Positions 11,394-23,083 of a DNA stretch of 64,000 bases are shown here, one piece after another. Source of the stretch: Selaginella moellendorffii (Eukaryota; Plantae; Lycopodiophyta); assembly GCF_000143415.4 (NCBI RefSeq), contig NW_003314431.1, positions 108,753-172,752 on the forward strand. Reading direction: 5' to 3'. The notes beneath the pieces were generated by a model that was not told where the DNA came from, made no database searches, and saw nothing but the letters and a program-made list of their open reading frames with translations. The translations under genes were made by a program, and so were the position numbers. The first letter of the stretch is position 1; every line of letters starts with the position of its first letter.

Positions 11394-11837
11394 TGTAAGT
11401 TTTGAATTTAGACTTTTTAGAAGGTAACCTATCCTAGTATTATTCAAACTCAAGGGCATTTAATTATAAATATCTTAAAACTTTTAACTGATTGAAAAAA
11501 AGGGACATTTTTTTATGGGTTTTTTTTTTTACATTTATACTTTTATAGTTGTATTTCAAGTCATTTGTTTTTGTTATTTACAATTTAACATGCTTCCTTA
11601 CAAATTCACTCCTTTTTGAATGAAAATCAAGAGCCATATTTCTCTTTTAACACTCTATTTCTTGGGTCAAATTGAACCACTAAATATCAATTTTAATATG
11701 GTGTGAAACTAAATATAAACTCTTGAATTTAAACATCTTAGAAGCTCACCACACCCAGAATTATTTAAACCAAAAAACATTTAACCCTAAACTTTGTAAA
11801 GCCCTTAATCAATCATCTTTCATTTTGGTTACTTACA
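11394..11837 (-). mobile_element. Old, AT-eroded Cassandra-type TRIM copy
   Basis: TGTAAG...TTACA segments (11394-11582 and ~11714-11837) and the spacer between them are colinear with the intact element at 39427-40019. Confidence 0.7.
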
Positions 11838-12044
11838 ATCAACTTATATAATATGGCTAACTATTAATTAATTATACCGATAACACAATAATAGTTTCTA
11901 CTAGGATCAATTCTTGATATTATTCTAGAATTGATAGTAAATACTCCAAAATGTTTATTGTTTAGCATCTTTTGTGCATACAAAAAATACTAGGATTGAG
12001 CAAGTGTAATAAACATTACAACCCATAAATCTACATTCACATAA

Positions 12045-12400
12045 AACATGCTGTCAAACATTTGAGATGCTCTGTAAAGATGTCTATTATAAGTATATAT
12101 TGTAAAAAAAGCATAATATAGTGCAATATCTTTACTGCACATTTTAATAAATATTTTTTAATTATTTTCAAGTTAACAATTTTTGGAAAAGGAACTGAAC
12201 ATTGTTTATTTTGCATTTTATTAATGTTGTTATGTAAGAAATAATTTTATAGAAGTGCATATTGTTGTATATAAGCTTAAAAACTTCAATCATTTTCTAT
12301 GGAATATATGAAGTAAAAGATATTTTCTGAGATTGCATTTTCCCTTATTCAAATTTGTTTAATAGCATGTGTAATAATAAAGCTAAAGAACTTAATTATT
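12045..12400 (-). pseudogene. AT-eroded PPR fragment paralogous to the 5' end of the 9235-10728 gene
   Basis: CATGCTGTCAAACATTTGAGATGCTCTGTAAAGATGTC aligns with CATGCTATCAAATACTTGAGATGCTTTGTGTAGATGTC at ~10540 and stays colinear for roughly 200 nt. Confidence 0.7.
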
Positions 12401-13253
12401 TAAAATTGTGCTAGAATAAACAATATTAAAATAATGGTTATTGTGACATAAAAGATTTAAAGCTATATCAATAGGAAATAAATGACTTACACAGATTTCA
12501 CAATTTATTATATATTTTATATCTGAGTTGTCTTGGTTGATTTGGGTGTAAAAATAATTTTTGTTTATTAAAAATCAATTTAATTTTAAAAGTAAGTAGT
12601 TATATAAAATTTTATTATGTATTCTAATTGCTACTTTGCATCTTAACAATATGTAAACTTATAGCTAGTCATAAATTCTTAAGAAAGTTTATTCAGCTAT
12701 TTAATAAAGAGTATGTTTATTTTTTATGTACTTAATATTTTTAATCTATAATTATATTATTTGATTATTTACTTTTTACTACTAAATTATACTTTAAATT
12801 TTGTATTTGATTTAATTTAGCATTTTTATTATGGTTTTAAAGTCACTATTTTATGTACATAAATTATAATGCTTTAGTGTAACTTCCTCTTTAATTTTTA
12901 TCTTCCACATGTTTAAAGCATTGAAAGTAGTAATAATACTAGTTGATCAGTTTTTTCTATAAATATTTATTCATGTGAATAATTTTACAATAATTTAAAT
13001 ATAAAAATGGAGTTCTTTTAAATTTGTGGTAATTATGGTTAAAATAATACAATTTTATAGTTGATAAACGTACACATATCTATCGGGACTTTGATTTTGA
13101 AATTACTAAATTTCTTTAGTATAAAAATACTAATTCCAACCAATAATATTAAAGAATATGTATATAATAGAAATGTATCACAAATTATAAGAGTTTTATC
13201 TGAATTTCAAAATTAATACCTTTTATCTAAGTACTTTAGGGTTTATAGGTGCC

Positions 13254-15856
13254 ATGCTTTTGCATTTGCCTGTTTGTCGGTCTCAGAGCGTGTTCCAGGC
13301 AGTCAGGGTGGAATCCAACACCCCACATTCTCGTCCACGAGTTTCTGACTGGAAGAACAAGGAGGAGGAGAGCAAGCCCGAGAATGTAGCTCTACAAAGT
13401 AAGAAATCTTCAAGGAGCAGGAATTTGAAGCCCTCAAATGACAACAGGATCGACAAATCCTCTTACGCCGGGATTTCTCCTGTTCGCGCAGGTAAACTGG
13501 AAGAACCTTTATCGTTTGAGATAGGAAAAATAGAGGAACATGAAGGAAAATTACTCTCTTGTCTCTTTGGCAGTGGTGGTGGTAAGATTGATGAGGATTG
13601 AGATGGGAGGAGCTTTCTCAGACGTCCTAAACGGGGATGGAGAAGATCGCTTGGATAAAGAAATGGAGTACGTGAAACGAACTCTGGGATTTAGCATACC
13701 GAGTTTGAGGCCTGAAAATTTGAAGCTGGTTTGATCTTAGCATTTCTTTTGGTTTTCCTAGTTATTGACGATTGTTTTTATAGGTGACTGAAGAGGTCGC
13801 TGGTATTGTTCGCTGGAAGAAATATCTCGACTATGTGATAAGCAATGTCTATGACAAGGATCAAAACGAGTTTGAGCGAATGGAGCCCATTCTAAAGCAG
13901 GTGTATTTCCCATTGTTTCGTACTTCAATTAATCGTTTTTCTTTCGCTCCAGGTCCTTCGACTAGGAGCTTATGAGCTTTTGAAACTCGAAGTACCAGCT
14001 TATGCTGTTGTCAATGAAGTAAGATTTTTTTTTTCTATAAAGTCACTATTTTTAAAATTTTCTTTTTCTTTCACAGGCCGTCAAACTTGCCAATGCTGCT
14101 TCTCGGGCTGGAGCTGGAAAATTGGCCAACGCACTTCTTCGAGCAGTAGCTTCACACAAAGTAGAAGAATAAGAAAGAAAAACTTCTCTGTGTTTTCACA
14201 CAATGCAAGAGTCTTGTTTTTTACAGGAGAAGAACACGCTGCCCGTTCCTGAAGTAACAGGAAACTTGCGGTCGCAAGCGAGAGCATTAGCAACAATCCA
14301 TTCCCATCCAGTTGTGAGTAGACAATGCCAAGTAAATCGTCGTGTTATTCTGTTTCTTTTCGTTTTTGACGCAGTGGATGGTGCGGCGATGGACAGATCG
14401 ATATGGCACTGAGGACACTTTAAAACTGATGGAGTGGAACAACACAAGGCCCTTTTATGCTTTAAGGTACCACGATATGTGATTTGTAGACTCTTTACGT
14501 GTTTGGTTTTCTGGCTTTCAGGGCGAATAATGCCACTGGAACCTCTCGCGATGATTTAATAGAACAGCTTACAAAGCTCGAGGTGGGATCAATCACAATC
14601 TCTTTTTCTACTCCTTCGAATCTCTTTTTGTTGTTTTTTTTTTCTGCCTGTGCTTAGCAGGTTTCATATGTTAAGTCGCCACTACTGAAAGACTTTGTTC
14701 GAGTGACTTCAGGACTTCAGGTAGCTTGTAGATGATAACTCAAGTCAGCTGATAAAATGATGTCGTTTTCTAGGAGGTGCTGAGATCTGGATTGATCCAA
14801 CAGGGACGATGCACAGTCCAGGACGAGAGTGGTGGTATGTGTACTCTTCCACATACATTTTTTTCTTACTTTTCCAGAATATTTTATCTGAGAGTTTCTT
14901 TCAAAGGCCTGGTGGTGGAACTGCTGGATCCACAGCCTGGAGACTTAGTGATCGACTGTTGTGCTGCACCTGGTGGCAAAAGTCTCTATATTGCTTCACG
15001 ACTGAAAGGAAAAGGTCAGCTTTTTTCCATCCCTTTTTTGCTTTGAGATTTTCTTTTGTGGACGAATCAAAGAGATGGTGCTACAGGGAAAGTGATAGCA
15101 GTGGATATCAACAAGGCACGTCTCCAGCTTCTCAAAGATTCCGCAAAGAAAGCAGGCGTGAGCGAGCAAGTATCCGTCTACAATGTGGATGCCCGAGACA
15201 TGATCCGTGTGAGTAAGAACTTACCACTTTGTAAGATTTATCTAAAGCTTTTCCACTTTTTTCTTTTCTTTTGTGAATGTGAAGGGTAAAACAGGTCTAG
15301 CGGATAGAGTTTTACTGGACGCTCCGTGCAGTGGTCTCGGTGTTCTATCCAAGGTAAGAACATTTGATCAATGCAAGAGCAATAATTTTGATCAAAACAA
15401 GGTTTTGCTCAATTTTTTCGATAGAGGGCGGACTTGAGATGGCGTAGAACTCTGGAAAGCTTTGAGGAATTGACAAAGCTCCAAGACGAGCTACTGGACG
15501 GTGCTTGCAAGTATGTTTTTTCCTTTCCATCGTTTTTCACTCGCTCGGCATTGGTATCTCTCTACTTGTAACAGGATGGTTCGACCGGGAGGAGTGCTTG
15601 TCTACAGCACTTGCTCGATCGAACCGGACGAGAACATCGATCGGATCACTAGTTTTCTCGCTAGAAATCAAGTGAGTCTTTCCTTTTTTACCAGCTATTG
15701 ATGTGAAATCGTGTGTTCTTCCAGAACTTCATCCTGGAGCCACTCGAGAGAGAAGTTCCTCGAGAAATGGTCTCTCGGGAAGGATGTTTTTACTCTCTGC
15801 CGTACACGCACGGCATAGATGGAGCATTTGCGGCAAAGCTCAGGCACAAAGCTTAA
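13254..15856 (+). CDS. RsmB/Sun-family (NusB domain plus NOL1/NOP2) rRNA m5C methyltransferase, probably plastid-targeted (multi-exon)
   Basis: Exons encode [61 protein letters not shown] and [11 protein letters not shown]. Confidence 0.93.
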
Positions 15857-15880
15857 TTTAAAAGAGGAAGAATATGCCAA

Positions 15881-18070
15881 ATGCAAGGGCAAAATATGGC
15901 TATGGCACTGTTGTGGATAATCATCAGCTCGATCGTCCTCTCCGCGCCCGGGTTTGCGAATGCCGGTGACAGAATCGTGGAAGGGACCGTGGCATTCGCC
16001 TCTGTCGGGCGAGCGCACTACGCATTCGATGTGTTCTTGCTGGATTTCCGCCCGTGGGAGCTCGAGAATGCAAGCCTAGGGCCGCATTTGGAGTTTCGGG
16101 CCACCGATGGCGTCTCTGTCAACTACAACGGGGCGCTGGTGGATGATTCTCAGCGGCGAGTGATCTTCGAGGCGCTGGATTTCCGCGGTGAGCAGCAGGG
16201 TGATGGGAGCCAAGGGATTCTTATCTATGTCTCCGAGCGGGATGGCGCTGCTGAGGTTCGATTCAATCTCTTTTACCAGGGGCAACGCGATCGAGGCGAG
16301 CGAAGTCTCGGAAATATCGAGAGCGGCTCTCAAGAATCTCATGGAAACAGGAGGGATGCGCTGGAAATCCATGGCGATAGAGGGAATTCCCAGAATTTCA
16401 TCGATTTGGGGAAGCTATGGTCGAGCAGCGAGGTGGAACCGACAGCGCTCTACGACAGACCGTCGGTGGCCGATGGGAGAGTGATCTTCGTCTCGACAAG
16501 GAAGCCGCGAGAGCAGTCGAGGCAAAGCTGGGCGGCAGTCTACTCCATGGACATCGTCACGAAGAAAATCACGAGGCTCACTCCAGAGGGCGTCACAGAC
16601 TACAGCCCTTCGGTCTCTCCATCTGGGAAGTTCGTCATGGTTGCTTCGGACGATGGTCGAGGCTGGGGAGGAGAGATCGAAGAGCTTGACACGGATCTAT
16701 ACTCTTTTCAAGCCTGGGATGGATCCGGAAGAAAGCTCGTGGTGAAGAATGGAGGCTGGCCATCTTGGTCGGACGATTCGACCGTCTTCTTTCACAGGAG
16801 AGCCGAGGATGGGTGGTGGAGCGTCTACAAGGCCACTTTCTCAAAGTCCTTCACGGCGATTCGAGAGGAAAGGATCACACCACCGGGAGTTCATGCGTTC
16901 ACTCCAGCGGCTTCACGGACAGGGAAATGGATTGCTGTAGCAACTCGAAGAGCCGGCTCGCTATACCGTCACGTAGAGGTGTTTGATCTCGGCTCGAGGA
17001 AGTTCCACAAACTTAGCGAGCTCGTTGCTCCGGAGGCTCATCACTACAACCCTTTTGTCTCGCCAGAGTCGGACAAGATCGGGTATCACAGATGCCGGGG
17101 AAAGGGAGTGACTCCTCGGCTGGAGCACATCAAGTCTCCAGTTCCAGGAATCTCTCTCGTGCGAGTTGACGGGGACTTCCCCGTGTTCTCTCCCGATGGA
17201 GAGTCCATAGCTTTCATCCCCGACTTGGACGAAGGTGGCATTTACGTGACGCGGCTCAACGGCTCGGGCATGACCAAAGTTTTCGACAAGCCGGCCTTCG
17301 GACTCTCCTGGGACAAGCAGAGGAAAGGCGTTCTCTACACGAGCTATGGCCCGGGATTCGTGCCGGAGGACACCATCGTTCACATCGTCTCCATTCTCAA
17401 CGCGGACGAGCTCATCGCCGGCGGCGGAGGTGCAGTCAAGTGGAAGATCCTGACGAAGAGCGGCACCAAGAACAACGCATTCCCATCGCCATCGCCCGAC
17501 GGCAAGTGGATCGTCTTCCGGTCCGGACGCTCGGGACACAAGAACCTCTACATCATGGACGCGATCCATGGCGAAGAAGCAAGCTTGAGGAGACTCACCG
17601 AGGGGGCCTGGACGGACACAATGGCGAGCTGGTCACACGACGGAGAATGGATCGCGTTCTCGTCGGATCGACACAACCCCGGCGGTGGCAGCTTCCAGCT
17701 CTACTTTGTTCGTCCCGATGGTAGCCAACTCCACAGAGTTCTCAACTCCAGCACTGGAGGGCGAGTGAACCATCCGTTCTTCAGCCCGGATTCCAGGAGC
17801 TTGGTGTTCACCACGGACTACGCTGGCGTGTCCGCGGATCCGATCGCTGTTCCGGCGCAGTTCCAGCCGTATGGAGAGATTTTCATGGCGAGAATCGATG
17901 GGAGCGAGCTCGTCCGGCTCACGCACAACGCGTACGAAGATGGAACTCCATCCTGGGGGCCTGTGAAGTTAGATTCGAGCGCTCTCACTGGGGAAGGGAA
18001 GAAGGCCCGCTGTGGCTTTAGAGACACGAGATGGCTCAAGCCCGTCATAGCTCAAGCCCGCCATGGCTAG
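15881..18070 (+). CDS. Secreted TolB-like/PD40 beta-propeller protein (DPP6 N-terminal-like family)
   Basis: Intronless 729-aa ORF with a signal peptide and repeated PxxSPDG(K/E)xIxF propeller motifs. Confidence 0.9.
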   Translation: MQGQNMAMALLWIIISSIVLSAPGFANAGDRIVEGTVAFASVGRAHYAFDVFLLDFRPWELENASLGPHLEFRATDGVSVNYNGALVDDSQRRVIFEALDFRGEQQGDGSQGILIYVSERDGAAEVRFNLFYQGQRDRGERSLGNIESGSQESHGNRRDALEIHGDRGNSQNFIDLGKLWSSSEVEPTALYDRPSVADGRVIFVSTRKPREQSRQSWAAVYSMDIVTKKITRLTPEGVTDYSPSVSPSGKFVMVASDDGRGWGGEIEELDTDLYSFQAWDGSGRKLVVKNGGWPSWSDDSTVFFHRRAEDGWWSVYKATFSKSFTAIREERITPPGVHAFTPAASRTGKWIAVATRRAGSLYRHVEVFDLGSRKFHKLSELVAPEAHHYNPFVSPESDKIGYHRCRGKGVTPRLEHIKSPVPGISLVRVDGDFPVFSPDGESIAFIPDLDEGGIYVTRLNGSGMTKVFDKPAFGLSWDKQRKGVLYTSYGPGFVPEDTIVHIVSILNADELIAGGGGAVKWKILTKSGTKNNAFPSPSPDGKWIVFRSGRSGHKNLYIMDAIHGEEASLRRLTEGAWTDTMASWSHDGEWIAFSSDRHNPGGGSFQLYFVRPDGSQLHRVLNSSTGGRVNHPFFSPDSRSLVFTTDYAGVSADPIAVPAQFQPYGEIFMARIDGSELVRLTHNAYEDGTPSWGPVKLDSSALTGEGKKARCGFRDTRWLKPVIAQARHG

Positions 18071-18163
18071 ATTCATAGTCAGCCGCTAGATGCGAGCCAT
18101 CGGACGGTCTACATAAATTTAAATGTAGTTCATAGCACTGGGTTTTAGGGTTCCTGCCCAGGG

Positions 18164-19734
18164 ATGAAGAGGTTCTTCCAGCCCGTGGAGCGCGATGGCG
18201 CCTCCAAGAAGCCCTCCATCGCGATCGCCAACGGCGGCGAGAATGCGTGCGCCGATCCATCCAGGTTCATGTCTTGGAATGCGAATAGCTTGCTTCTGCG
18301 ATTCAAGAACAACCGGGAGGAGGTCATGAGCTTCATCCGCGGCTTCGATCCGGATGTGATTTGCATCCAGGTGGTGTCCCAGCTCCTAGCTAGCGATCGG
18401 ATTTCTCATCGACAGGGATTGCTTGCTTCCAGGAGGTTCGTCTCCCGGCGGCTGGATTTAAAGGCGAGAAGAAAAATCCGGGAGAGATCAAGGATGATAG
18501 CGCTGCTGCTCGCAATGACAAGCAGGTATGGGATTCTTTCTTTCTCCAGTGATGCATTGGCTAGTAGGCTGTGATGCGTGTTCTATCGGTGTCGCCAATG
18601 GCAGATTATAGCGTGTGGTGGTCTCTCGGAGAGAACAAGTACGCTGGAACAGCTCTCTTCGTGAAGAATTGCTTCAAGCCAGTGTCGGTGGCCTTCAACA
18701 TTGACAACAAAGGCAAAGGTTCGTAAAATCATTCTTTGTTTCTTTTTTGTTCTTTGGCATTTAGAAAACTCAACAAGATTAGATTTTTTTTTTTCGTGGA
18801 TGATAGATGCACAACGCCATGAGATCGATGGGAGAATTATCTTGGCGGAGTTTGGATCGTTCACTCTTCTCAACACTTATGCGCCAAACAATGGATGGAA
18901 GGAAGAAGAGAATGGTTTCGTGCGAAGAAGAGCGTGGGACAAGAAAGTACTCGAGTTTGTGAGCTCTTGCAGCAAGCCGCTCATTTGGTGCGGTGATCTT
19001 AACGTGAGGTACGTACGATTTGAAGGTTCTTTCCTTGTAAATGAAGCGTGCGAGTGTGACTTTCAGCCATCAGGAGATCGATGTAACTCATCCGGAGTTT
19101 TTTGCAAACGCAACCCAACCCGGCTACACTCCTCCAAACAAAGAGGTATACTTTTCTCCTAAAGCGACTCTATGTATTGGAATTGTGAGTGATCAGGACG
19201 CTGGACAACCCGGATTCACGCTCAATGAGCGAGCAAGGTTCTCAACGATCTTAAATCGGTTAGTATCTCTTGGAAAAAAAAAATAATAAACAAACTGAGA
19301 TCTAACTTTAACTTGATCTTTGTGAATTCAGGGGAAATCTGGTGGACACGTACAGGCATCTCCACGAGAAGCAGGACTTGGAGGCTGGATTTACGTGGTC
19401 TGGAAATCCCGTGGGAAAGTAAGTACAACCGTAAAAAAGGAGTTTTACTTTTTCTACCTGGAGAATGACAATCGTGAAAAATCCCAGGTATCGCGGCAAG
19501 CGTATGCGAATCGACTACTTTCTAATCTCCAAAGCGCTGCTTCCTCGTCTAGCCAGCAGCAAAATCCACGGCCGTGGAATCGAGCTAGAAGGTTGAGTGT
19601 TTTCTTTTGATCTCTTTGCTTATCTTCCAAACAATGATCTAACAGAGTATCTCTTCTTTCCAGGATTCCTTGGAAGTGATCACTGCCCACTGACCATGGA
19701 ACTCAAGAATCAAGCCGGCCAAAACCACGAGTGA
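18164..19734 (+). CDS. APE1L: AP endonuclease of the ExoIII family, APE1L-like (multi-exon)
   Basis: MKRFFQPVE N-terminus, then SWNANS, CIQE, KYAGT, NTYAPNNG, WCGDLN, MRIDYF and GSDHCP. Confidence 0.92.
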
Positions 19735-20546
19735 GAGTGGCGCGAGATTTTCATTCTTTTTATATATACGGAGTCAAGGCATTGCATCCCATCCCTCCCT
19801 CCACTGCGAATATTCCACAAAGACGGTGCTTTTGTTTAGCCCGTCTCTGTCCGACACCTGTCCGGCCAGAAAAGCTTTTGTTGCTGACTTTAAAAAGCAT
19901 ATTCTGGGCCATAGAGTCTATGCGACAGCGACGCACACACGCAAAAGAAGGCGTACGGCGTGGCCACTGTTCGATCGCAAGCGTACGGTCTGTGGTGTAG
20001 CGCGAAATCGATGTCGCATGCTATGTATGCTATAACGTGATTTACAAAGTACTCCGCGATCAAGCTTTGAAAAGCACCAATTTTCAGCATTTTTTTTTCT
20101 TATTCTCTCCCAAATTCAATCGACAAAGATTTTGGCTGATAAACTCCGGAGAAAAGAAAAAAAAAAAAAAAACGCGGGGAGCCTGATTTTATAAAAGACC
20201 GAATGACAAAAGGTTCTCTAAGAGATGATCGCTGTTTGGCCGCTGCCAAGCCGAAAAAGAAAGAGCGGGAGAGAAACCAAAAGAGGGAGGAGAATTTACA
20301 CTGAGACGAAACGATGATCGACGATAGCAGCAGCAGCAGCAGCAGCAGCAGTAGCAGCAAGTGCGCCTTATTATTTTCCGACCCCCAGAAAATGGTTGTT
20401 TTTTTTTTCAGTTTTTTTTCTTCTCTTTGATCTTTTGCTCGCAACTCGGCCCCCAAAATTTGTCGCAAATTGGTGTTTCGTAAATCCTGTCCTTCCTCCT
20501 TTTTCCCTGTGCCTGGCAATTCGATCTCACGAAGAATCTCTCTCCC

Positions 20547-23083
20547 CTAAATCTCAGCCTGCGTAGTCGGCGGCGAGGAGGAGCTCACCGAAATGGGCGG
20601 AGGGGCGGCGGCGGGCGAAGAAACGGACGCAGAATCCACCGATGTCGTGGTTGACAATCCCATCGTCGACGTCGAGGAGCCCGCCGCCGTGGACGTGGAC
20701 GACAGCGAGCCGCTGCTGCTGCTCCCCTGGATGTGCTGCTGCTGCTGCTGATCCTGCCCCTCCAGCTCCACTAAAGTCGCCCTACTAGCTAAGTGGTGGT
20801 GGTGATGGTGGTGAATCGACGGCGGCGACGCCGGCACCTCGGAACCGAAGCCGTAGATCGCCGCCAGCGGGTGGTCGAACTTGCACGTCGGCCCGAACTT
20901 GCAGATGCCAAACCGGATGTAGTATGAGCACGGTTGCACGCCCTGCATTCGCGTAGTATAAAGTCAATAACACATCCCTAAGAAAGATGGCGAAGGGGAA
21001 AGGTGGCGGACGATGAATAAAAAGGTGGTAGAACAATGGAGGGTAAAACAAGACTAGCACAGAGGTGGCGGATACATACCGTACGGAGTGGCAAGCCCAT
21101 GGGACTGAGCATTGTGGGTGCGGACGCGGAGATTCGGTCGCGCGGGTGGTGGAATCTGCAGGATGCGCCGTACTTGCAGTCGCCGGTCTTGAGGTAGTAC
21201 TGGCACTCGGCCACGCCCGGCCGCTCCGGGAAGGCGTCCCCGCCGCCGCCACCCTTGTGCTCGCGCAGCCCCGCCGGGAGGCCCATTGTGGGGGACCCCG
21301 GCACAAATGGGCTGTAGTCGGCTGTCGTGGGGGAGCTCGCCCCGGGAAGATAGAGCTGTTGATCCTGGAAAAACCAACCGAGCTTTCAGTATAAGATCGT
21401 ATGCTGCAGTGTGATCCACCATAGTAAATTCTAATCGCTCGCTTCGATCATTCGTTCCAAGCAATGAAATCAAACAATGGGAATGAAATGCGAACCATGC
21501 AAAGGTTTTGGATCGAACGGAAGAAACCAACGAAAGAGAGAAGAGGTTCTGGTGGCTTACGTGATACGTGCTCCAACCGGGGATGGAAACCACCCCTTGT
21601 GGGGAAGGAAGAAGAAGTGGGGTGTAACTCGACGCCCCGGCTTGCAATCTCGGGCTGGGGAACGGTCTCATTGTCGGCCACCCCGGCTGAAAGTGCTGCG
21701 GCGTCCCGGTTGCGGCGTTCGGCGTCCCCGGTTGGGACGCCCCGGCGGCGGCGGCGGCAGCGGCGGCGGCGGCGTAGATGGATGGCACCACCGCCGGTTG
21801 AGGGTGGTGGAATTTGCAAGTCACTCCGTATTTGCAAGACCCCGTTCTCATGTAATACGCGCATTCTTTCTCGCCCTGTGATAGAACAAGAAAAAAAAAA
21901 AAAACAGATAATTAAAAAAAAGATAGCCATGAAAGGCAAACGGAAGTATTTTTAGTGATCGGGAGTTTCTTCCGACAGGGATTTTGCGAGAGATTTTCTA
22001 GGGATTATGTTTCGGAGAGATGAGTTACCGGGCGGTATGGGAGGCCGACGATGTTTAACTGGACTCTGGATTGGATGCCCGCTTTGTCTCGAGGGTGGTC
22101 GTATTTACAAGTGGATCCAAACTTGCACGTCCCGGTCTTGAGGAAATACTGCTCCAAAACCGCAGGAACAACAAAAACACATCGAGAGGAATCGATCGGA
22201 TTAGTTCTGGGCGAGGTGGCGGAGATATGGGGGGCGGATTATCGCTAATCACACCCCCCGGAGGATTTAAGCTCTTTTCTTTTACCTGGCACTCGGGTTG
22301 CCCAGGCCTTTCTGGGTACTCGCCTTTGCCACGAGCTATGGCAGCAGCCTGGAAGAAGAAGAAGAAGAAGAAGAAGAAAGAAAAGGAAGGGAAAAAAAGA
22401 GAGGGGGAAGAACAGAGGAAAAAAAAAAAAAAGAAAACCATCACACACGGTTGGCTATGGCGGACGAGAGATTGGAGAGAAAGAACTTGGAGAGAATTGG
22501 CGAGGGAAGAGTGCTTACCAGCTTGCGATTTGGAGGGTGATTGAATTTGCAGCTCATTCCAAAGGCGCACAGCCCGGTTCGCATGTAGTAGACGCAGTCT
22601 TGCTCGCCCGGGCGCTCGGGATAAGGCCCGCCGCCACCCCCGCCGCCACCTCCGCCGCCTCCGCCACCCCCCGGCGCCGCCATGTCCACCATCCCGGGGT
22701 GATCTCCCGCGCTCTGCAAGCTCAGCCCCCACATCGCCTCTGCAAGAACAAGACAAAGATCCGGGACAAGGATTGGTGAGGAGAATTCCGAGGAGAATTG
22801 GGGTGGCAATGCGCCGCGATCCAAAAGCCCCCTGCGCTAGAGCTGGATCTCGCGAGCTCGAGCTCTCAAGAAACTCACACTCTCTCTCTCTCTTTGATCG
22901 ATGGATTCGCGAGAGCTTACCTTCGAGGCCAGTGGGATTGGGCGGCGCCGCGGCCTGCTGCTGGGATGATCCCTCCTGCCGCCATTCCTGGAACGAGGAT
23001 GGATGATCCACCACGCCGCCCGGCTGCTCGTAGCCCACGAATGGCGAGGCCCCCGGCGGCGCTACTGGCTGGTAGTAGTCCAT
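20547..23083 (-). CDS. Tandem CCCH zinc-finger RNA-binding protein (ZFN/HUA1-related, multi-exon)
   Basis: Five C-x8-C-x5-C-x3-H fingers, several preceded by YPERPG/FPERPG/LPLR, for example [21 protein letters not shown] and [21 protein letters not shown]. Confidence 0.93.

Noticed and set aside
19147-19196. APE1L intron starting GTATACTTT as a possible U12 intron
   Set aside because: No TCCTTRAC-like branch site near the acceptor.
19915-20025. Imperfect hairpin (ATGCGACA...TGTCGCAT) between the convergent APE1L and CCCH genes
   Set aside because: Pairing is too interrupted for a miRNA precursor, and I recognise no ncRNA motifs.
20100-20519. 139-aa ORF with a poly-Leu stretch
   Set aside because: It derives from an (AGC)n microsatellite and A/T runs in the CCCH 3' region.
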